Both the position numbers and the translations under genes were made by a program. The notes beneath the pieces were generated by a model. The model worked only from the letters and a program-made list of their open reading frames with translations, was not told the origin of the DNA and did not search any database. A stretch of 64,000 nt of DNA from Candidatus Omnitrophota bacterium (GTDB lineage: Bacteria; Omnitrophota; Omnitrophia; Omnitrophales; Aquincolibacteriaceae), in assembly GCA_035368605.1 (NCBI GenBank), contig DAOSLF010000001.1, forward strand, positions 22,877 through 86,876. The letters are read 5' to 3'. Positions 47,709 to 58,138 of this stretch are shown one piece after another. How positions within the stretch are numbered: position 1 is the stretch's first letter; each line of letters begins with the position of its first letter.

Positions 47709-48965
47709 ATGTCAAAAAAGTCCAGGACGGATCGACGGAAAGGTTTTTCCGGCGCAAGCCTGATTGTTCCCGCCGCGGGGCTTGGAACGCGTTTTGTCGA
47801 TAGCTTAAGGAAGCCCGGAGCCCCGAGGCCTTCCGATCGCTCCAAGCTCTTTTATCAGCTCGGCGGTGAACCGGTGCTCCTGCGAACCCTCAGGGTATTC
47901 GCGGGAATACCGGAAATTCGCGAGATTATCCTTGCGGTGAGTCCCGAAATGCACGCCGGCGTACGGTCCCTGTTAAGGGATCTGAATGATCCGCGCGTGA
48001 CCTGGGTGCCTGGCGGGAAGACCCGTGCCCAATCGGTATGGAACGCGCTCCGGAGAACATCCTCAACATCCGAGTGGGTCCTGGTCCATGATGGCGCGCG
48101 CCCTCTCATCACGGAACGCGATATCCGGAAAGTGCTCAGGGCGGGCAACGGATGGGATGGTGTTATTCTGGCGCGCAAGGTCGTCCCGACAATCAAGCGT
48201 GTTTTGAAAAGCGACGGCCATATCGAAGGTACGGTGGACCGGAGCGTGCTTTATGAAGCGGAAACCCCTCAGATGGTCCGTCGTGAGGTCCTGCTTCGGG
48301 CTTATAAAGCGGATTCCGCCGCGGTATTGCGCGCGACCGACGAAGCGGGACTTCTGGAGGCGATTGGCGCCCGTGTGAAGATCGTGACCCATACCGGCTG
48401 GAACCCGAAACTGACAACTGTTACGGATCTTATGCTCGCTCAGGCGATGATGGAAAAAGGTGGCGCTCCGGGCGTCCGGATCGGGATCGGCTTTGACACG
48501 CACCGGCTTGTCCCCGGGAGGAAACTTTGGCTTGGCGGCGTGACCGTCCCGTCGACGAAAGGTTCTTTGGGGCATTCGGACGGGGACGCGCTTCTTCACG
48601 CCGTCGCTGACGCGATCCTTGGGGGGATCGGCCGGGGCGATATCGGAGAATGGTTTTCGGACAAGGATCGCCGCTGGAAGAACATGAAAAGTTCCATTAT
48701 TGTCAGTACGGTCATGAGGGAAGCGAAAAAGCTCGGATGGGTCCCGTATCACATCGATTCGAATATTATCCTGCAAACGCCAAAGCTTGGCCCTCACAAG
48801 ATGAGGATTCGAAAAAAGGTCGCGAAGATTGTCGGGTTGCCGCCCGATAGCGTTTCGGTCAAGGCGCGGACGCGGGAGGGACTGGGGCCCGAAGGTGAAG
48901 GCCTCGCCGTGACCTGCCAGGCGGTTGTCGCGATGAAGAGGGTTTCAGATGATCAGATTCCATAA
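47709..48965 (+). CDS. ispDF: bifunctional 2-C-methyl-D-erythritol 4-phosphate cytidylyltransferase / 2-C-methyl-D-erythritol 2,4-cyclodiphosphate synthase
   Basis: IspD N-domain (LIVPAAGLGTRF). IspF C-domain (IGIGFDTHRL, GHSDGDALLHA). Confidence 0.9.
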   Translation: MSKKSRTDRRKGFSGASLIVPAAGLGTRFVDSLRKPGAPRPSDRSKLFYQLGGEPVLLRTLRVFAGIPEIREIILAVSPEMHAGVRSLLRDLNDPRVTWVPGGKTRAQSVWNALRRTSSTSEWVLVHDGARPLITERDIRKVLRAGNGWDGVILARKVVPTIKRVLKSDGHIEGTVDRSVLYEAETPQMVRREVLLRAYKADSAAVLRATDEAGLLEAIGARVKIVTHTGWNPKLTTVTDLMLAQAMMEKGGAPGVRIGIGFDTHRLVPGRKLWLGGVTVPSTKGSLGHSDGDALLHAVADAILGGIGRGDIGEWFSDKDRRWKNMKSSIIVSTVMREAKKLGWVPYHIDSNIILQTPKLGPHKMRIRKKVAKIVGLPPDSVSVKARTREGLGPEGEGLAVTCQAVVAMKRVSDDQIP

Positions 48966-50364
48966 CACGTTGACCGGCCGGCTTGAGGAGTTCACGCCTC
49001 TTGTCCCGGGCAGGGTTTCGCTTTATACCTGCGGTCCGACGGTCTATCACTACGCGCATATCGGCAATTTCAGGACCTTTGTTTTCGAGGACCTCCTGCG
49101 CCGATACCTTGAATCCCGGGGGTACCAGGTCACGCATGTGATGAATGTGACCGATGTTGACGACAAGACCATCGCCGGTGCGATCCGCGAGAAAAAATCG
49201 CTCGGGGAATACACTTCCTTTTACACGCAGGCATTCCTGGATGATATGAAGACGCTGCATGTCCTGGCGCCGACGATCCGGCCGCACGCGACCGGGGAGA
49301 TCCCCGCCATGATCAGACTGATCGGGGACCTTGAAAAGAAAGGGATCGCGTACAAGGCTGAGGACGGATCGGTCTATTACCGTGTCTCCAGGTTCCCGGG
49401 ATACGGGAAGCTTTCGAAAAAGAAACTCGACGGAAACATCGCGGGAGCGCGGGTCGATGTCGATGAATATGAAAAGGAAGAGGGCGCGGATTTCGTGCTC
49501 TGGAAGGCCGCGAAAGAAGGCGAGCCCGCCTGGGACTCGCCGTGGGGGAGGGGCCGTCCGGGCTGGCATATCGAATGCTCGGCGATGTGCATGCGCTATC
49601 TTGGCGAGACTATCGATATTCACGCGGGCGGCGAAGACCTTGTTTTCCCGCATCACGAGAACGAAATCGCCCAATCCGAGGCTTCGACGGGCAAGGCGTT
49701 CGTCCGTTACTGGCTTCATGCGAAACATCTCCTTGTGAACGGCGAGAAGATGTCGAAATCCAGGGGTAATTTCCTCACGCTTCGCGATCTTTTGGACAAA
49801 GGCCACGATCCGATGGCTATCCGCCTCGCGCTGATGTCCGTGCATTACCGCGCGTCGCTCAACTTTACTTTGGATGGCCTGAAAGAGGCGCGTGAGATTA
49901 TTGAGAAATTTGATAACTGTTATTCGCAGTGTCTGAGCCGTCTTCAGCTGGCGGCCCCCGGCGCGGGCAGTGAACTCGACCTCAAGGGAGCGTTGGAGGA
50001 GATCGGTACGGATCTCGCGGAGGACCTCAATGTCGCGTCGGCCCTCGCGACCCTCCAGAAAGCCGTGACGGAAATCAATGCCCATCTTGCGCAACTTTCC
50101 GTGACCGGGCTCGCGGGTTGCGTGGAATTCTTTCGGGCTGTCGACCGGGTTTTTGGATTTGATATCGCGGCGGTTGCCGGTATCCCGGCGGATGTGAAGA
50201 TGGTCCTCTCGGATTATGTTGAGGCGCGAAAGGCGAAGGATTTCGCAAGGTCGGATGCCCTTCGCAAACAGATCGCGGACCAGGGGTGGCTCGTCAAGGA
50301 TGGTCGTCCCGGAGAACCTTCCTCGGTGAAGAAGATTCGACGGGTATGGGATGTAAAAAAATGA
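48949..50364 (+). CDS. cysS: cysteinyl-tRNA synthetase
   Basis: HIGN (YHYAHIGNFR) and KMSKS motifs. Zinc-binding CGP. Confidence 0.9.
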   Translation: MIRFHNTLTGRLEEFTPLVPGRVSLYTCGPTVYHYAHIGNFRTFVFEDLLRRYLESRGYQVTHVMNVTDVDDKTIAGAIREKKSLGEYTSFYTQAFLDDMKTLHVLAPTIRPHATGEIPAMIRLIGDLEKKGIAYKAEDGSVYYRVSRFPGYGKLSKKKLDGNIAGARVDVDEYEKEEGADFVLWKAAKEGEPAWDSPWGRGRPGWHIECSAMCMRYLGETIDIHAGGEDLVFPHHENEIAQSEASTGKAFVRYWLHAKHLLVNGEKMSKSRGNFLTLRDLLDKGHDPMAIRLALMSVHYRASLNFTLDGLKEAREIIEKFDNCYSQCLSRLQLAAPGAGSELDLKGALEEIGTDLAEDLNVASALATLQKAVTEINAHLAQLSVTGLAGCVEFFRAVDRVFGFDIAAVAGIPADVKMVLSDYVEARKAKDFARSDALRKQIADQGWLVKDGRPGEPSSVKKIRRVWDVKK

Positions 50365-50978
50365 AAAAGGGCGTTTTTATCACGTTCGAGGGAGCGGAAG
50401 GGAGCGGGAAGAGTACGCAGATCAGGAATGCGGCATCTTTTTTCCGTCATCAAAAACGCCAGGTCGTCCTTTTGCGTGAGCCGGGCGGGACCCGGATCAG
50501 CGAGGCGATCCGTTCGGTGCTTCTTGACAGGGGCAACCGGGGGATGAGTCACGTGACCGAACTTCTCCTGTACCTTTCGGCGCGCGCCCAGATCGTTCAC
50601 GAGAAGATTCTGCCGGCCCTTCGCTCGGGAAAGGTCGTCATCTGCGACCGGTTCGAAGACTCGACCCTGGCGTATCAGGGCTATGGACGCGGGATTCCGC
50701 TTCCCCTGATCCGTGAGGTGAGTCGGCTTGTTCGCGGGACGCTCCGGCCGGACCTCACGTTCGTCCTTGATATCGATATCAAAAAGGGGCTTTCGCGCGG
50801 CGGCCGTCATGACCGGATCGAGCGGGAGGCGTTCAGTTTTCATCAGAAGGTGCGCCGCGGGTTTCTGGCGCTTGCCCGGAAGGAGCCGCGACGCGTGATC
50901 GTGGTCGACAGCGGTCAGCCGCTTCCCGAAGTCAGCCGGCGCGTCCTGGAGAAATTACAGAATGTATTTGGCGAATAA
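50361..50978 (+). CDS. tmk: thymidylate kinase
   Basis: FITFEGAEGSGKSTQ P-loop. ATGA overlap with cysS. Confidence 0.9.
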   Translation: MKKGVFITFEGAEGSGKSTQIRNAASFFRHQKRQVVLLREPGGTRISEAIRSVLLDRGNRGMSHVTELLLYLSARAQIVHEKILPALRSGKVVICDRFEDSTLAYQGYGRGIPLPLIREVSRLVRGTLRPDLTFVLDIDIKKGLSRGGRHDRIEREAFSFHQKVRRGFLALARKEPRRVIVVDSGQPLPEVSRRVLEKLQNVFGE

Positions 50979-51840
50979 GACCCAGAAGCTGGCGGCCCGG
51001 ATCCTGGATTCCCATCTTGCGCAGGACCGTATTTCGCACGCGTATATTTTTAGCGGAGCGGGAACCTCATCCGGATCGGCCGAGTTCGCCGCGGAACGGG
51101 GCGGGGATATCCGGGAAGGATTTGCCGCCGCTTTTGCGGCCGCGCTTGTGAGCGGCGGGACACGGCTTTTCGGGAAAACGGATCCGGCGTTTCTCCGGCG
51201 TGTCGAGCGGCATCAGCATCCGGACGTGCGGTGGATCGGTGAGGACCGCGAAGAGAAGTCGATCAAGATCGGCGAGAATTCCGGGGATGCCGGCACGGTT
51301 CGCGATGTGATCCACTGGGCGGGCTTGAAGCCTTACGAAAGCCCGCGGAAGGTGTGCGTGGTGATCAAGGCGGAGCGGCTGACGGACGAGGCCGCGAATG
51401 CTTTTTTAAAAACGCTCGAGGAACCGCCGAAACATACGGTGTTTATCCTCCTGGTCGAGAACAAGACGCAGCTTCTGGAGACGATCCAGTCGCGATGTTT
51501 CGAGCTGCGTGTCGCGGCGACCGGGGATGACGCGGTGGGGCACGCCGCGTTTCTGGATGCGATGCCGGTGCGGGAAATCTTTGAATCGTATCCCGGACTT
51601 CCGAAACCGGAACTGAAAGGCAAACTGGACGGGCTCATGGCGCTCGCCCGCACGAAAGCGGAGAAGCTTCTGTCGGGAGGGTCGGCCAACACCCGGGCGG
51701 CCCACACCTGGCTCGAGGCTTTTGATCTTGTCTATGATTCAAAGTCCGCGATCGAGGCGAACGCCAATCAAAAACTGATGGCGACACGCCTCGCGATGAG
51801 GCTTGCAAAACTTTTTCCGTCAACGAAAGCGACGCTCTGA
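50962..51840 (+). CDS. holB: DNA polymerase III delta-prime subunit-like (HolB)
   Basis: HAYIFSG, LKTLEEPP and SRCF motifs. Degenerate Walker A, typical of delta-prime. Confidence 0.7.
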   Translation: MYLANKTQKLAARILDSHLAQDRISHAYIFSGAGTSSGSAEFAAERGGDIREGFAAAFAAALVSGGTRLFGKTDPAFLRRVERHQHPDVRWIGEDREEKSIKIGENSGDAGTVRDVIHWAGLKPYESPRKVCVVIKAERLTDEAANAFLKTLEEPPKHTVFILLVENKTQLLETIQSRCFELRVAATGDDAVGHAAFLDAMPVREIFESYPGLPKPELKGKLDGLMALARTKAEKLLSGGSANTRAAHTWLEAFDLVYDSKSAIEANANQKLMATRLAMRLAKLFPSTKATL

Positions 51841-53381
51841 TGACAAAACGGTATTACCTTACGACGCCGATCTATTACGTGAATGGAAAACCCCATATCG
51901 GCCACGCCTACACCAGCATCCTGTGCGACACGTTCGCGCGGTATCACCGGATGCTCGGTGACGAGGTGTTTTTTTTGACGGGGACTGATGAACACGGCAT
52001 CAAGGTGCAAAAGGTTGCGACGGCCGAGGGGATGGAACCGAAGGCCTTTGTGGACGGAATCGTTCCGAAATTCAGGGAACTGTGGTCCCTTCTGGGGATT
52101 CGTTACGAGCATTTCATCCGGACGACGGACGACTATCACAAGACCGGCGTTCAAAAGGTGCTGGGCGATCTCGAAAGAAAGGGGGACATCTACAGGGCGG
52201 CCTATCACGGCTGGTACTGTACTCCCTGCGAATCGTTCTGGACAGAACTCCAGCTGAAGGAGGGGAGGTGTCCGGATTGCGGCCGCGACGTGGAACGTCT
52301 GGAGGAGGAGAACTATTTCTTCAAACTTTCAAGCTATCAACAGTTTCTGATCGATCACATCAGAGCGAATCCCGATTTCATTCAGCCGGACTATCGCAGG
52401 AACGAGATTCTGGGATTCCTCCGTCAGCCGCTCGAAGATCTTTGCATTACCCGGCCGAAGACCCGGCTCACTTGGGGGATCGAATATCCGGGCTCCCCCG
52501 ATCATGTGGTCTATGTATGGTTCGACGCGCTGCTTAACTATCTGACCGGTATCGGATTCGGGACCGATGACGCCAGGTTTCGCAAGTTCTGGCCCGCCGA
52601 TTGCCATATGGTCGGCAAGGATATCCTGCGTCAGCATGCCGTTTACTGGCCGATCATGTTGAGGGCGATGGGCGTTGAACTGCCGAAGCGCGTGTACGCG
52701 CACGGCTGGTGGAAGATCGGCGGGGCCAAGATGTCGAAATCGCTCGGCAATATCGTCGATCCCGTCGAGATCGTCACGAAGTACGGGACGGACGCGTTCC
52801 GGTATTTCCTGATGCGTGAAGTAACGCTCGGCCTGGACGGCACCTATTCGGAGGACCTTCTGCTCGAGCGTTACACGAGCGACCTTGCGAACGATCTCGG
52901 AAATCTGTGGCACCGGACCGCGTCGATGATCGAAAAGTATTTTGAAGGCAAGGTCCCGCAGGTGGCGCCGGAGGTCTGGCAGACGAAACTCATGAGGGAC
53001 ACGCTCGCGCTCTGGCGTGGTGTCACGGACGATGTCCTGCGGTATGATCCCCGGGAGGCCCTCGCAAAGATCTGGTCGGTTGTTACCGAGGCGAACCAGT
53101 TCGTGGAAGAGAAAAAGCCGTGGTCGCTTGCGAAAGATCCGGCGAAACACGGGGAGCTCGCGGATGTTCTTTATGCTCTTGCCGAGTGCGTCGCGCACAT
53201 CGGTATCCTGATCGGTCCGTTCATGCCCGCGACTTCAGAACGGATTCTCAGCCGGTTGAAGGTCGCCACCGCAGGTCGGGTCAGTGACGAAGCCGGATTT
53301 GGGGAACCGATGACCGTGCCCGGAACGCCGATCGAAAAAGGCGCTCCTCTCTTTCCACGACTCGATGAAAAGACCGCATGA
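51840..53381 (+). CDS. metG: methionyl-tRNA synthetase (short form)
   Basis: PYVNGKPHIGHAYT (HIGH), KMSKSLGN and zinc knuckle CPDCG. Confidence 0.9.
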   Translation: MTKRYYLTTPIYYVNGKPHIGHAYTSILCDTFARYHRMLGDEVFFLTGTDEHGIKVQKVATAEGMEPKAFVDGIVPKFRELWSLLGIRYEHFIRTTDDYHKTGVQKVLGDLERKGDIYRAAYHGWYCTPCESFWTELQLKEGRCPDCGRDVERLEEENYFFKLSSYQQFLIDHIRANPDFIQPDYRRNEILGFLRQPLEDLCITRPKTRLTWGIEYPGSPDHVVYVWFDALLNYLTGIGFGTDDARFRKFWPADCHMVGKDILRQHAVYWPIMLRAMGVELPKRVYAHGWWKIGGAKMSKSLGNIVDPVEIVTKYGTDAFRYFLMREVTLGLDGTYSEDLLLERYTSDLANDLGNLWHRTASMIEKYFEGKVPQVAPEVWQTKLMRDTLALWRGVTDDVLRYDPREALAKIWSVVTEANQFVEEKKPWSLAKDPAKHGELADVLYALAECVAHIGILIGPFMPATSERILSRLKVATAGRVSDEAGFGEPMTVPGTPIEKGAPLFPRLDEKTA

Positions 53382-54145
53382 TCCTGACTGACACGCATCT
53401 CCATCTTCATTTTCCTCAATATGATGCCGACCGCGAGGATGTGATCCGGAGGGCGTTCGCGGGCGGCGTCGGCCGCCTGATCAATATCGGTACCGGTCTC
53501 GAAGACTCGCGGAAGGCGGTTGCGGTTGCGGAGCGTTATCCCGAGGTGTACGCCGCGGTCGGCTACCACCCGCATGAAAGCAAGAATGCTACGGCCGGGG
53601 ACCTGGCCGGGCTTGAAGCGCTGGTCGCGCATCCCAGGGTGGTGGCGATCGGGGAGGTGGGACTCGACTACTTTCACGACCATTCGCCAAGGAACGTCCA
53701 GATGGAGCTGTTCCATACGTTCCTCGGATGGTGCCGCAAACATCAGAAGCCGCTCATTCTGCACTGCCGTGAGGCTTATGGCGATATGCTGAGAATCCTT
53801 CGCGAGACCCTTCCGGTGCCCTGCCGCGGGGTCCTCCACTGTTTTTCCTCCGACGCCGCCACAATGGAAAAATTCCTTGAGATGGGATTCCATATCGCGT
53901 TCGGTGGCGCGATCACTTATAAGAATAACGATGCCCTCCGGGAGGCTTGCAGGGCCTGTCCCGCGGATCGCCTTGTGCTTGAGACCGATGCCCCTTATCT
54001 TGCTCCCCAGTCAAAGCGGGGACGGAGGAACGAGCCGCTTTATATGATCGAGACCGCCGAGTTCATCGCGAAGCTTCGGGGCGATACTGTGGACCGGATC
54101 GCAGCGGCGACCACGGAGAACGCCAAAAAACTGTTCGGTCTATGA
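53378..54145 (+). CDS. tatD: TatD-family metal-dependent hydrolase/DNase
   Basis: DTHLHL, IGEVGLDY and LHCR motifs. Confidence 0.85.
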   Translation: MILTDTHLHLHFPQYDADREDVIRRAFAGGVGRLINIGTGLEDSRKAVAVAERYPEVYAAVGYHPHESKNATAGDLAGLEALVAHPRVVAIGEVGLDYFHDHSPRNVQMELFHTFLGWCRKHQKPLILHCREAYGDMLRILRETLPVPCRGVLHCFSSDAATMEKFLEMGFHIAFGGAITYKNNDALREACRACPADRLVLETDAPYLAPQSKRGRRNEPLYMIETAEFIAKLRGDTVDRIAAATTENAKKLFGL

Positions 54146-55236
54146 TAAAAGACATCCTGAAGTTCTTTAAACGCGAGCGGTTATATCTTCTGTTGGTCCT
54201 GTTGCTCGGCGCTTTCTATGCGTTCATGACGCTGGGGCCCAAGCCGCAAACGGAGCATCCGCGGGCGCAATCATCTTTGTCGGGTCTCGAACAGTTCAGG
54301 GCGGCCGAACGGAAATTCAGCGATGAGACATTGTCCGAACCGGCATTCGGAAATTTCGCCAGGAAGGAGCCGCTTCTCGCGGCCGGGTTCGGCGCTTACA
54401 CGGCATTGCTCGGTCTGGCGCTCACTGTGGGGTTCGTCATTAATTTTTTGGCCGTGTTCCGTCCCTCGTTCAGGGAAAAGATACTGCCGCGGCTTCCTCC
54501 CCCTTCCGAGACCCGCGTCTGGCCTTTCTCGATCCTCTTCAAGACCGTGGTTCTTTTTGTGGTGTGGAGTATCCTGATCAGCTTTTTGATGGGAGTGGTC
54601 AGCGCCATTTTTCCGGTCGAGGGCGCCGACAATGCCTACATGGTTCTTCACACGTTCATCCTGAATGTCCTTTGCGTGATGTTCATGGTCCGGTTTCTTA
54701 AGCAGCAGGGAAGTTCCTGGCGGGACTTGGGATTCAACGTTCCCCAGGGGAAGCCGTTCCGGGAGATGATGATCGGGTGGACGGGATATCTCGGGGTGCT
54801 GCCGATCTTCGCCCTGGTGCTCGCAGTGTTGCTTTTTCTGGCGAACCTGGTGCGCTATGAGCCGCCGCCGCATCCGCTCGTGAACGTTTTCATCGAAGAG
54901 GAGAAACGTCTGCCGTTTCTCGTGGCGTTCTCCGCATTCCTTGGCGCCGTGATCGGTCCTGTCTTCGAGGAGGTCTTTTTTCGGGGGTTCTGTTACCCGA
55001 TCCTCAAAGGGAAGGTCGGGAAGGTTTGGGCGATGGTCATCAGCGCCGCGTTTTTTGCCTCGATCCATCACACGGGTTTCGTGTTCTGGCCGATCTTTGT
55101 GCTCGGCCTTGCCCTCGCGTATCTCTACGAATCCCGGAGGTCGCTCCTCGCTCCCATTACCCTGCACGTCACGCACAATACGCTTTTTATCAGCTATTTT
55201 TTCCTGGTCAAACAAATGATCAGCTCGAGCGCCTGA
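54142..55236 (+). CDS. CPBP-family intramembrane glutamic endopeptidase (CAAX protease-like)
   Basis: EEVFFRG and FFASIHH motifs in a polytopic membrane protein. Confidence 0.75.
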   Translation: MIKDILKFFKRERLYLLLVLLLGAFYAFMTLGPKPQTEHPRAQSSLSGLEQFRAAERKFSDETLSEPAFGNFARKEPLLAAGFGAYTALLGLALTVGFVINFLAVFRPSFREKILPRLPPPSETRVWPFSILFKTVVLFVVWSILISFLMGVVSAIFPVEGADNAYMVLHTFILNVLCVMFMVRFLKQQGSSWRDLGFNVPQGKPFREMMIGWTGYLGVLPIFALVLAVLLFLANLVRYEPPPHPLVNVFIEEEKRLPFLVAFSAFLGAVIGPVFEEVFFRGFCYPILKGKVGKVWAMVISAAFFASIHHTGFVFWPIFVLGLALAYLYESRRSLLAPITLHVTHNTLFISYFFLVKQMISSSA

Positions 55237-55253
55237 TCGAAACGAGGTAGAAT

Positions 55254-56324
55254 GTGCCCATGAAAAATCCCAAAGTCCCGTTCTCTCCGGTTGAATTCCG
55301 CAAGGAAACGCTTTATCTGCTTGACCAGAGAAAACTCCCGAACCGGGAGGTTTGGGTCGCTTGCCGGACCTCCCGGGCCGTTTGGAAGGCGATCCGCCAC
55401 ATGATCGTGCGGGGCGCCCCGGCGATCGGGATCGCGGCGGGATACGGTCTCTACCTCGGCGTCCGCGGATTTCGCGGCGGACGGTATGAATTCATGCAAG
55501 AGCTGAGCCGTCAGGGCCGGTACCTTGATTCTTCGCGTCCGACCGCTCGAAATCTTGCCTATGCGCTCGAGCGTATCTTGAACCGGGTATGCCTGAGTCG
55601 TCAGGATCACATTGTGGACCTCAAGCGTCTTGTGCTCGAAGAGGCACGGCAGATCCATCTGGATGATATCGTGCTTTGCCGGAAGATCGGTCAGTATGGT
55701 TCAAGGCTCTTCAAACGGGGTGACACGATCCTCACGCATTGCAACGCGGGGGGGCTCGCAACCTCTGGCTACGGGACGGCGCTCGCGGTTTTCTATGCCC
55801 TGAAAGAAAAGAAGATTCCGTTCTCGGTCTTCGTTGATGAAACCCGCCCGCTCCTTCAGGGCGCGCGGCTTACGGCGTGGGAGCTGAGCAGGAGCAAGAT
55901 TCCGGCGACGCTTATTTGCGATAATATGGCCGCGAGTCTGATGCGGGCTCGCAAGATCCAGGGCGTGGTCGTGGGCGCGGACCGGATCGCGATGAACGGT
56001 GACACGGCCAACAAGATCGGGACCTACGGCGTGGCGGTCCTCGCCCATGTTCACCGAATCCCGTTCTATATTGCCGCCCCGAGCACGACATTCGACCTCA
56101 AGGCGAAGACCGGGAAGGATATCCCGATCGAGGAGCGTCCGCATGACGAGGTCCGGAAGCTCCACGGCAAGCAGCTCGCGCCGAAGGGGATAAAGGTCTT
56201 TAATCCGTCGTTCGACGTGACACCCGCGAAATACATCTCCGGCATCATTACCGAGGCGGGGGTCCTCCGGCCTCCTTTTGCCAGGTCGATCGGGAAGGTG
56301 AAACGGCTTCTTGAGCACGCATGA
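55254..56324 (+). CDS. mtnA: S-methyl-5-thioribose-1-phosphate isomerase (MtnA / eIF-2B-related family)
   Basis: GAPAIGIAAGYG and GADRIAMNGDTANKIGTYGVAVLA. Start is either GTG 55254 (6 nt after GAGG) or ATG 55260. Confidence 0.75.
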   Translation: MPMKNPKVPFSPVEFRKETLYLLDQRKLPNREVWVACRTSRAVWKAIRHMIVRGAPAIGIAAGYGLYLGVRGFRGGRYEFMQELSRQGRYLDSSRPTARNLAYALERILNRVCLSRQDHIVDLKRLVLEEARQIHLDDIVLCRKIGQYGSRLFKRGDTILTHCNAGGLATSGYGTALAVFYALKEKKIPFSVFVDETRPLLQGARLTAWELSRSKIPATLICDNMAASLMRARKIQGVVVGADRIAMNGDTANKIGTYGVAVLAHVHRIPFYIAAPSTTFDLKAKTGKDIPIEERPHDEVRKLHGKQLAPKGIKVFNPSFDVTPAKYISGIITEAGVLRPPFARSIGKVKRLLEHA

Positions 56325-56366
56325 TCACAAGACCCTGTTACGCAGGGGACTGGGGAGCAGGCCGTG

Positions 56367-57296
56367 ATGGATGAGTTCACTTTTATCGAAAGATTGAAAA
56401 AAAAGATCCCGCCCGCGAAGAACGCTGTCCTTGGCATCGGAGATGATGCGGCGGTTTTAAGGTTTTCCGGTCCCGGGCGACTTGTGGTTTCAACGGACAT
56501 GATCGTCGAAAAGGTTGATTTTGTCCTGAACCGGTCCGAGCCGGAACAGATCGGGCGCAAGGCATTGGCCGTGAACTTGAGCGATCTCGCGGCAATGGGC
56601 GCCAAACCGCTCGCGTTCGTCATTAGTATCGGCAAACCCGCTTACGTTGATGCCCGGTGGCTTGACCGTTTCTATGACGGACTTCTGAGACTGGCTCGCC
56701 GGTACAAAGTCGATTGCGTGGGCGGGGATTTTTCGGCCGCAAAAGAGTTTTCCGCAAGCGTTACGATCTTTGGGACAGCCCGAAAACCGATTCTCCGCTC
56801 CGGCGCGAAAGCGGGCGACTGGATCGCGGTGACGGGACGCCTGGGAGGTTCAATCCTGCGTCATCATTTTGATTTCACCCCGCGTGTCCGCGAAGGCCTT
56901 GCGCTCGCCCGAAGCGGTCTTGTCCATTCGATGATTGATATCTCGGATGGCCTTTGCCAGGACCTGCATCATATTCTGAACGCGTCTTGTGTGGCCGCCG
57001 AGCTTGATCCGCGGCGAATTCCCGTTTCGTCCGACGCGATCCATCTCGGTCGCAAGAACAGCCTGGCCGCTCTGGAGAGGGCCTTGACCGATGGCGAGGA
57101 TTTCGAGCTTTTGTTCACCGTGCCCGGACCCGCGAAATCCGTTCTGGAACGACGCTGGAAAAAGGAGTGCCGGGGCGTTTCGCTGAACTGGATCGGCCGG
57201 ATCGTCAAGGGAAAACCCGGTATTCGCTGGATCTCAAATGACAAGCGGGTCCGGATGCGGCGGGGGTTGTCGCGGAAAGGATTCAGGCATTTTTAG
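56367..57296 (+). CDS. thiL: thiamine-monophosphate kinase
   Basis: LGIGDDAAVL and AIR-synthase-related fold motifs. The GTG at 56364 is an alternative start. Confidence 0.8.
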   Translation: MDEFTFIERLKKKIPPAKNAVLGIGDDAAVLRFSGPGRLVVSTDMIVEKVDFVLNRSEPEQIGRKALAVNLSDLAAMGAKPLAFVISIGKPAYVDARWLDRFYDGLLRLARRYKVDCVGGDFSAAKEFSASVTIFGTARKPILRSGAKAGDWIAVTGRLGGSILRHHFDFTPRVREGLALARSGLVHSMIDISDGLCQDLHHILNASCVAAELDPRRIPVSSDAIHLGRKNSLAALERALTDGEDFELLFTVPGPAKSVLERRWKKECRGVSLNWIGRIVKGKPGIRWISNDKRVRMRRGLSRKGFRHF

Positions 57297-57299
57297 ATC

Positions 57300-57779
57300 A
57301 TGGAGAAATTGTCGACCATTACAACGTCTTCCGATGAAACGATCGCGTTCGCGGAAAGGTTTGCGTTGACCCTGAAACCGGGAAGTGTTCTTTGCCTCGA
57401 AGGGGATCTCGGAAGCGGGAAAACAACGTTTATCAAGGGAGTCGCGGCAGGTCTTGGGCTTCCACGTTCCGAACAGGTAAAGAGCCCGACCTTTGTCCTC
57501 ATGCATGTGTACCGGACAAAGATTCCCTTGTATCATTTTGACTGTTACCGGATCGATTCGGTCGACGAACTTGCCAATATCGGAGTGGGGGATTTTGCGG
57601 CGGATCCGGGAGCGATTTGCTGTATCGAATGGGCTGAGAAGGCGGGTGATCTGATTCCGCCGCACGCTTACCACGTCCGGTTGGCGATCCTTGGCGAATG
57701 CGAGCGGAAGATCGATATTGTTTGCCCAAAGGCTGTCGCCGATGTGAAAAGGTCCGGGAAGGGGCGGAGGATGACATGA
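57300..57779 (+). CDS. tsaE: tRNA threonylcarbamoyladenosine biosynthesis protein TsaE (P-loop ATPase YjeE)
   Basis: LCLEGDLGSGKTTFIKG Walker A. Size about 160 aa. Confidence 0.85.
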   Translation: MEKLSTITTSSDETIAFAERFALTLKPGSVLCLEGDLGSGKTTFIKGVAAGLGLPRSEQVKSPTFVLMHVYRTKIPLYHFDCYRIDSVDELANIGVGDFAADPGAICCIEWAEKAGDLIPPHAYHVRLAILGECERKIDIVCPKAVADVKRSGKGRRMT

Positions 57780-58057
57780 TCCGGAACCGCCTGCGCTGAT
57801 GCCGGTGGAGTTGCCGACCGACGAACCAAACGACCCCCAAAATTGAATTGCCCGAGCCGGGGCCTGACGAAGAACCTGAGGATGAATCTTTAAATTCGAT
57901 GTTGTAAGCATTAAGCATCGCAGAACGGTTATAGCCAAGGTACAGTGGCGAGTCAGGAACGTTGCTGTGCCTTTTCTTTTTAGCGATCGTTACACCTGCG
58001 TTTCCGGAAGTTCCTGCCACCGGCCAAACAGGGGCAGCAAAGATGCGTCGGCTCCTG

Positions 58058-58091
58058 AAAAAAAGGGGAATGTTTTTCATGCGACATTCCC
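58058..58091 (-). terminator. Rho-independent terminator of the minus-strand flippase gene (hairpin GGGAATGT/ACATTCCC followed by a T7 tract on the minus strand)
   Basis: Plus strand reads AAAAAAAGGGGAATGTTTTTCATGCGACATTCCC, 48 nt beyond the flippase stop. A second hairpin GGGAAA-tatcg-TTTTCCC follows at 58097-58114. Confidence 0.7.
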
Positions 58092-58138
58092 ATTGTGGGA
58101 AATATCGTTTTCCCCATAGTGCCCTTCCGGGCGGGCGT

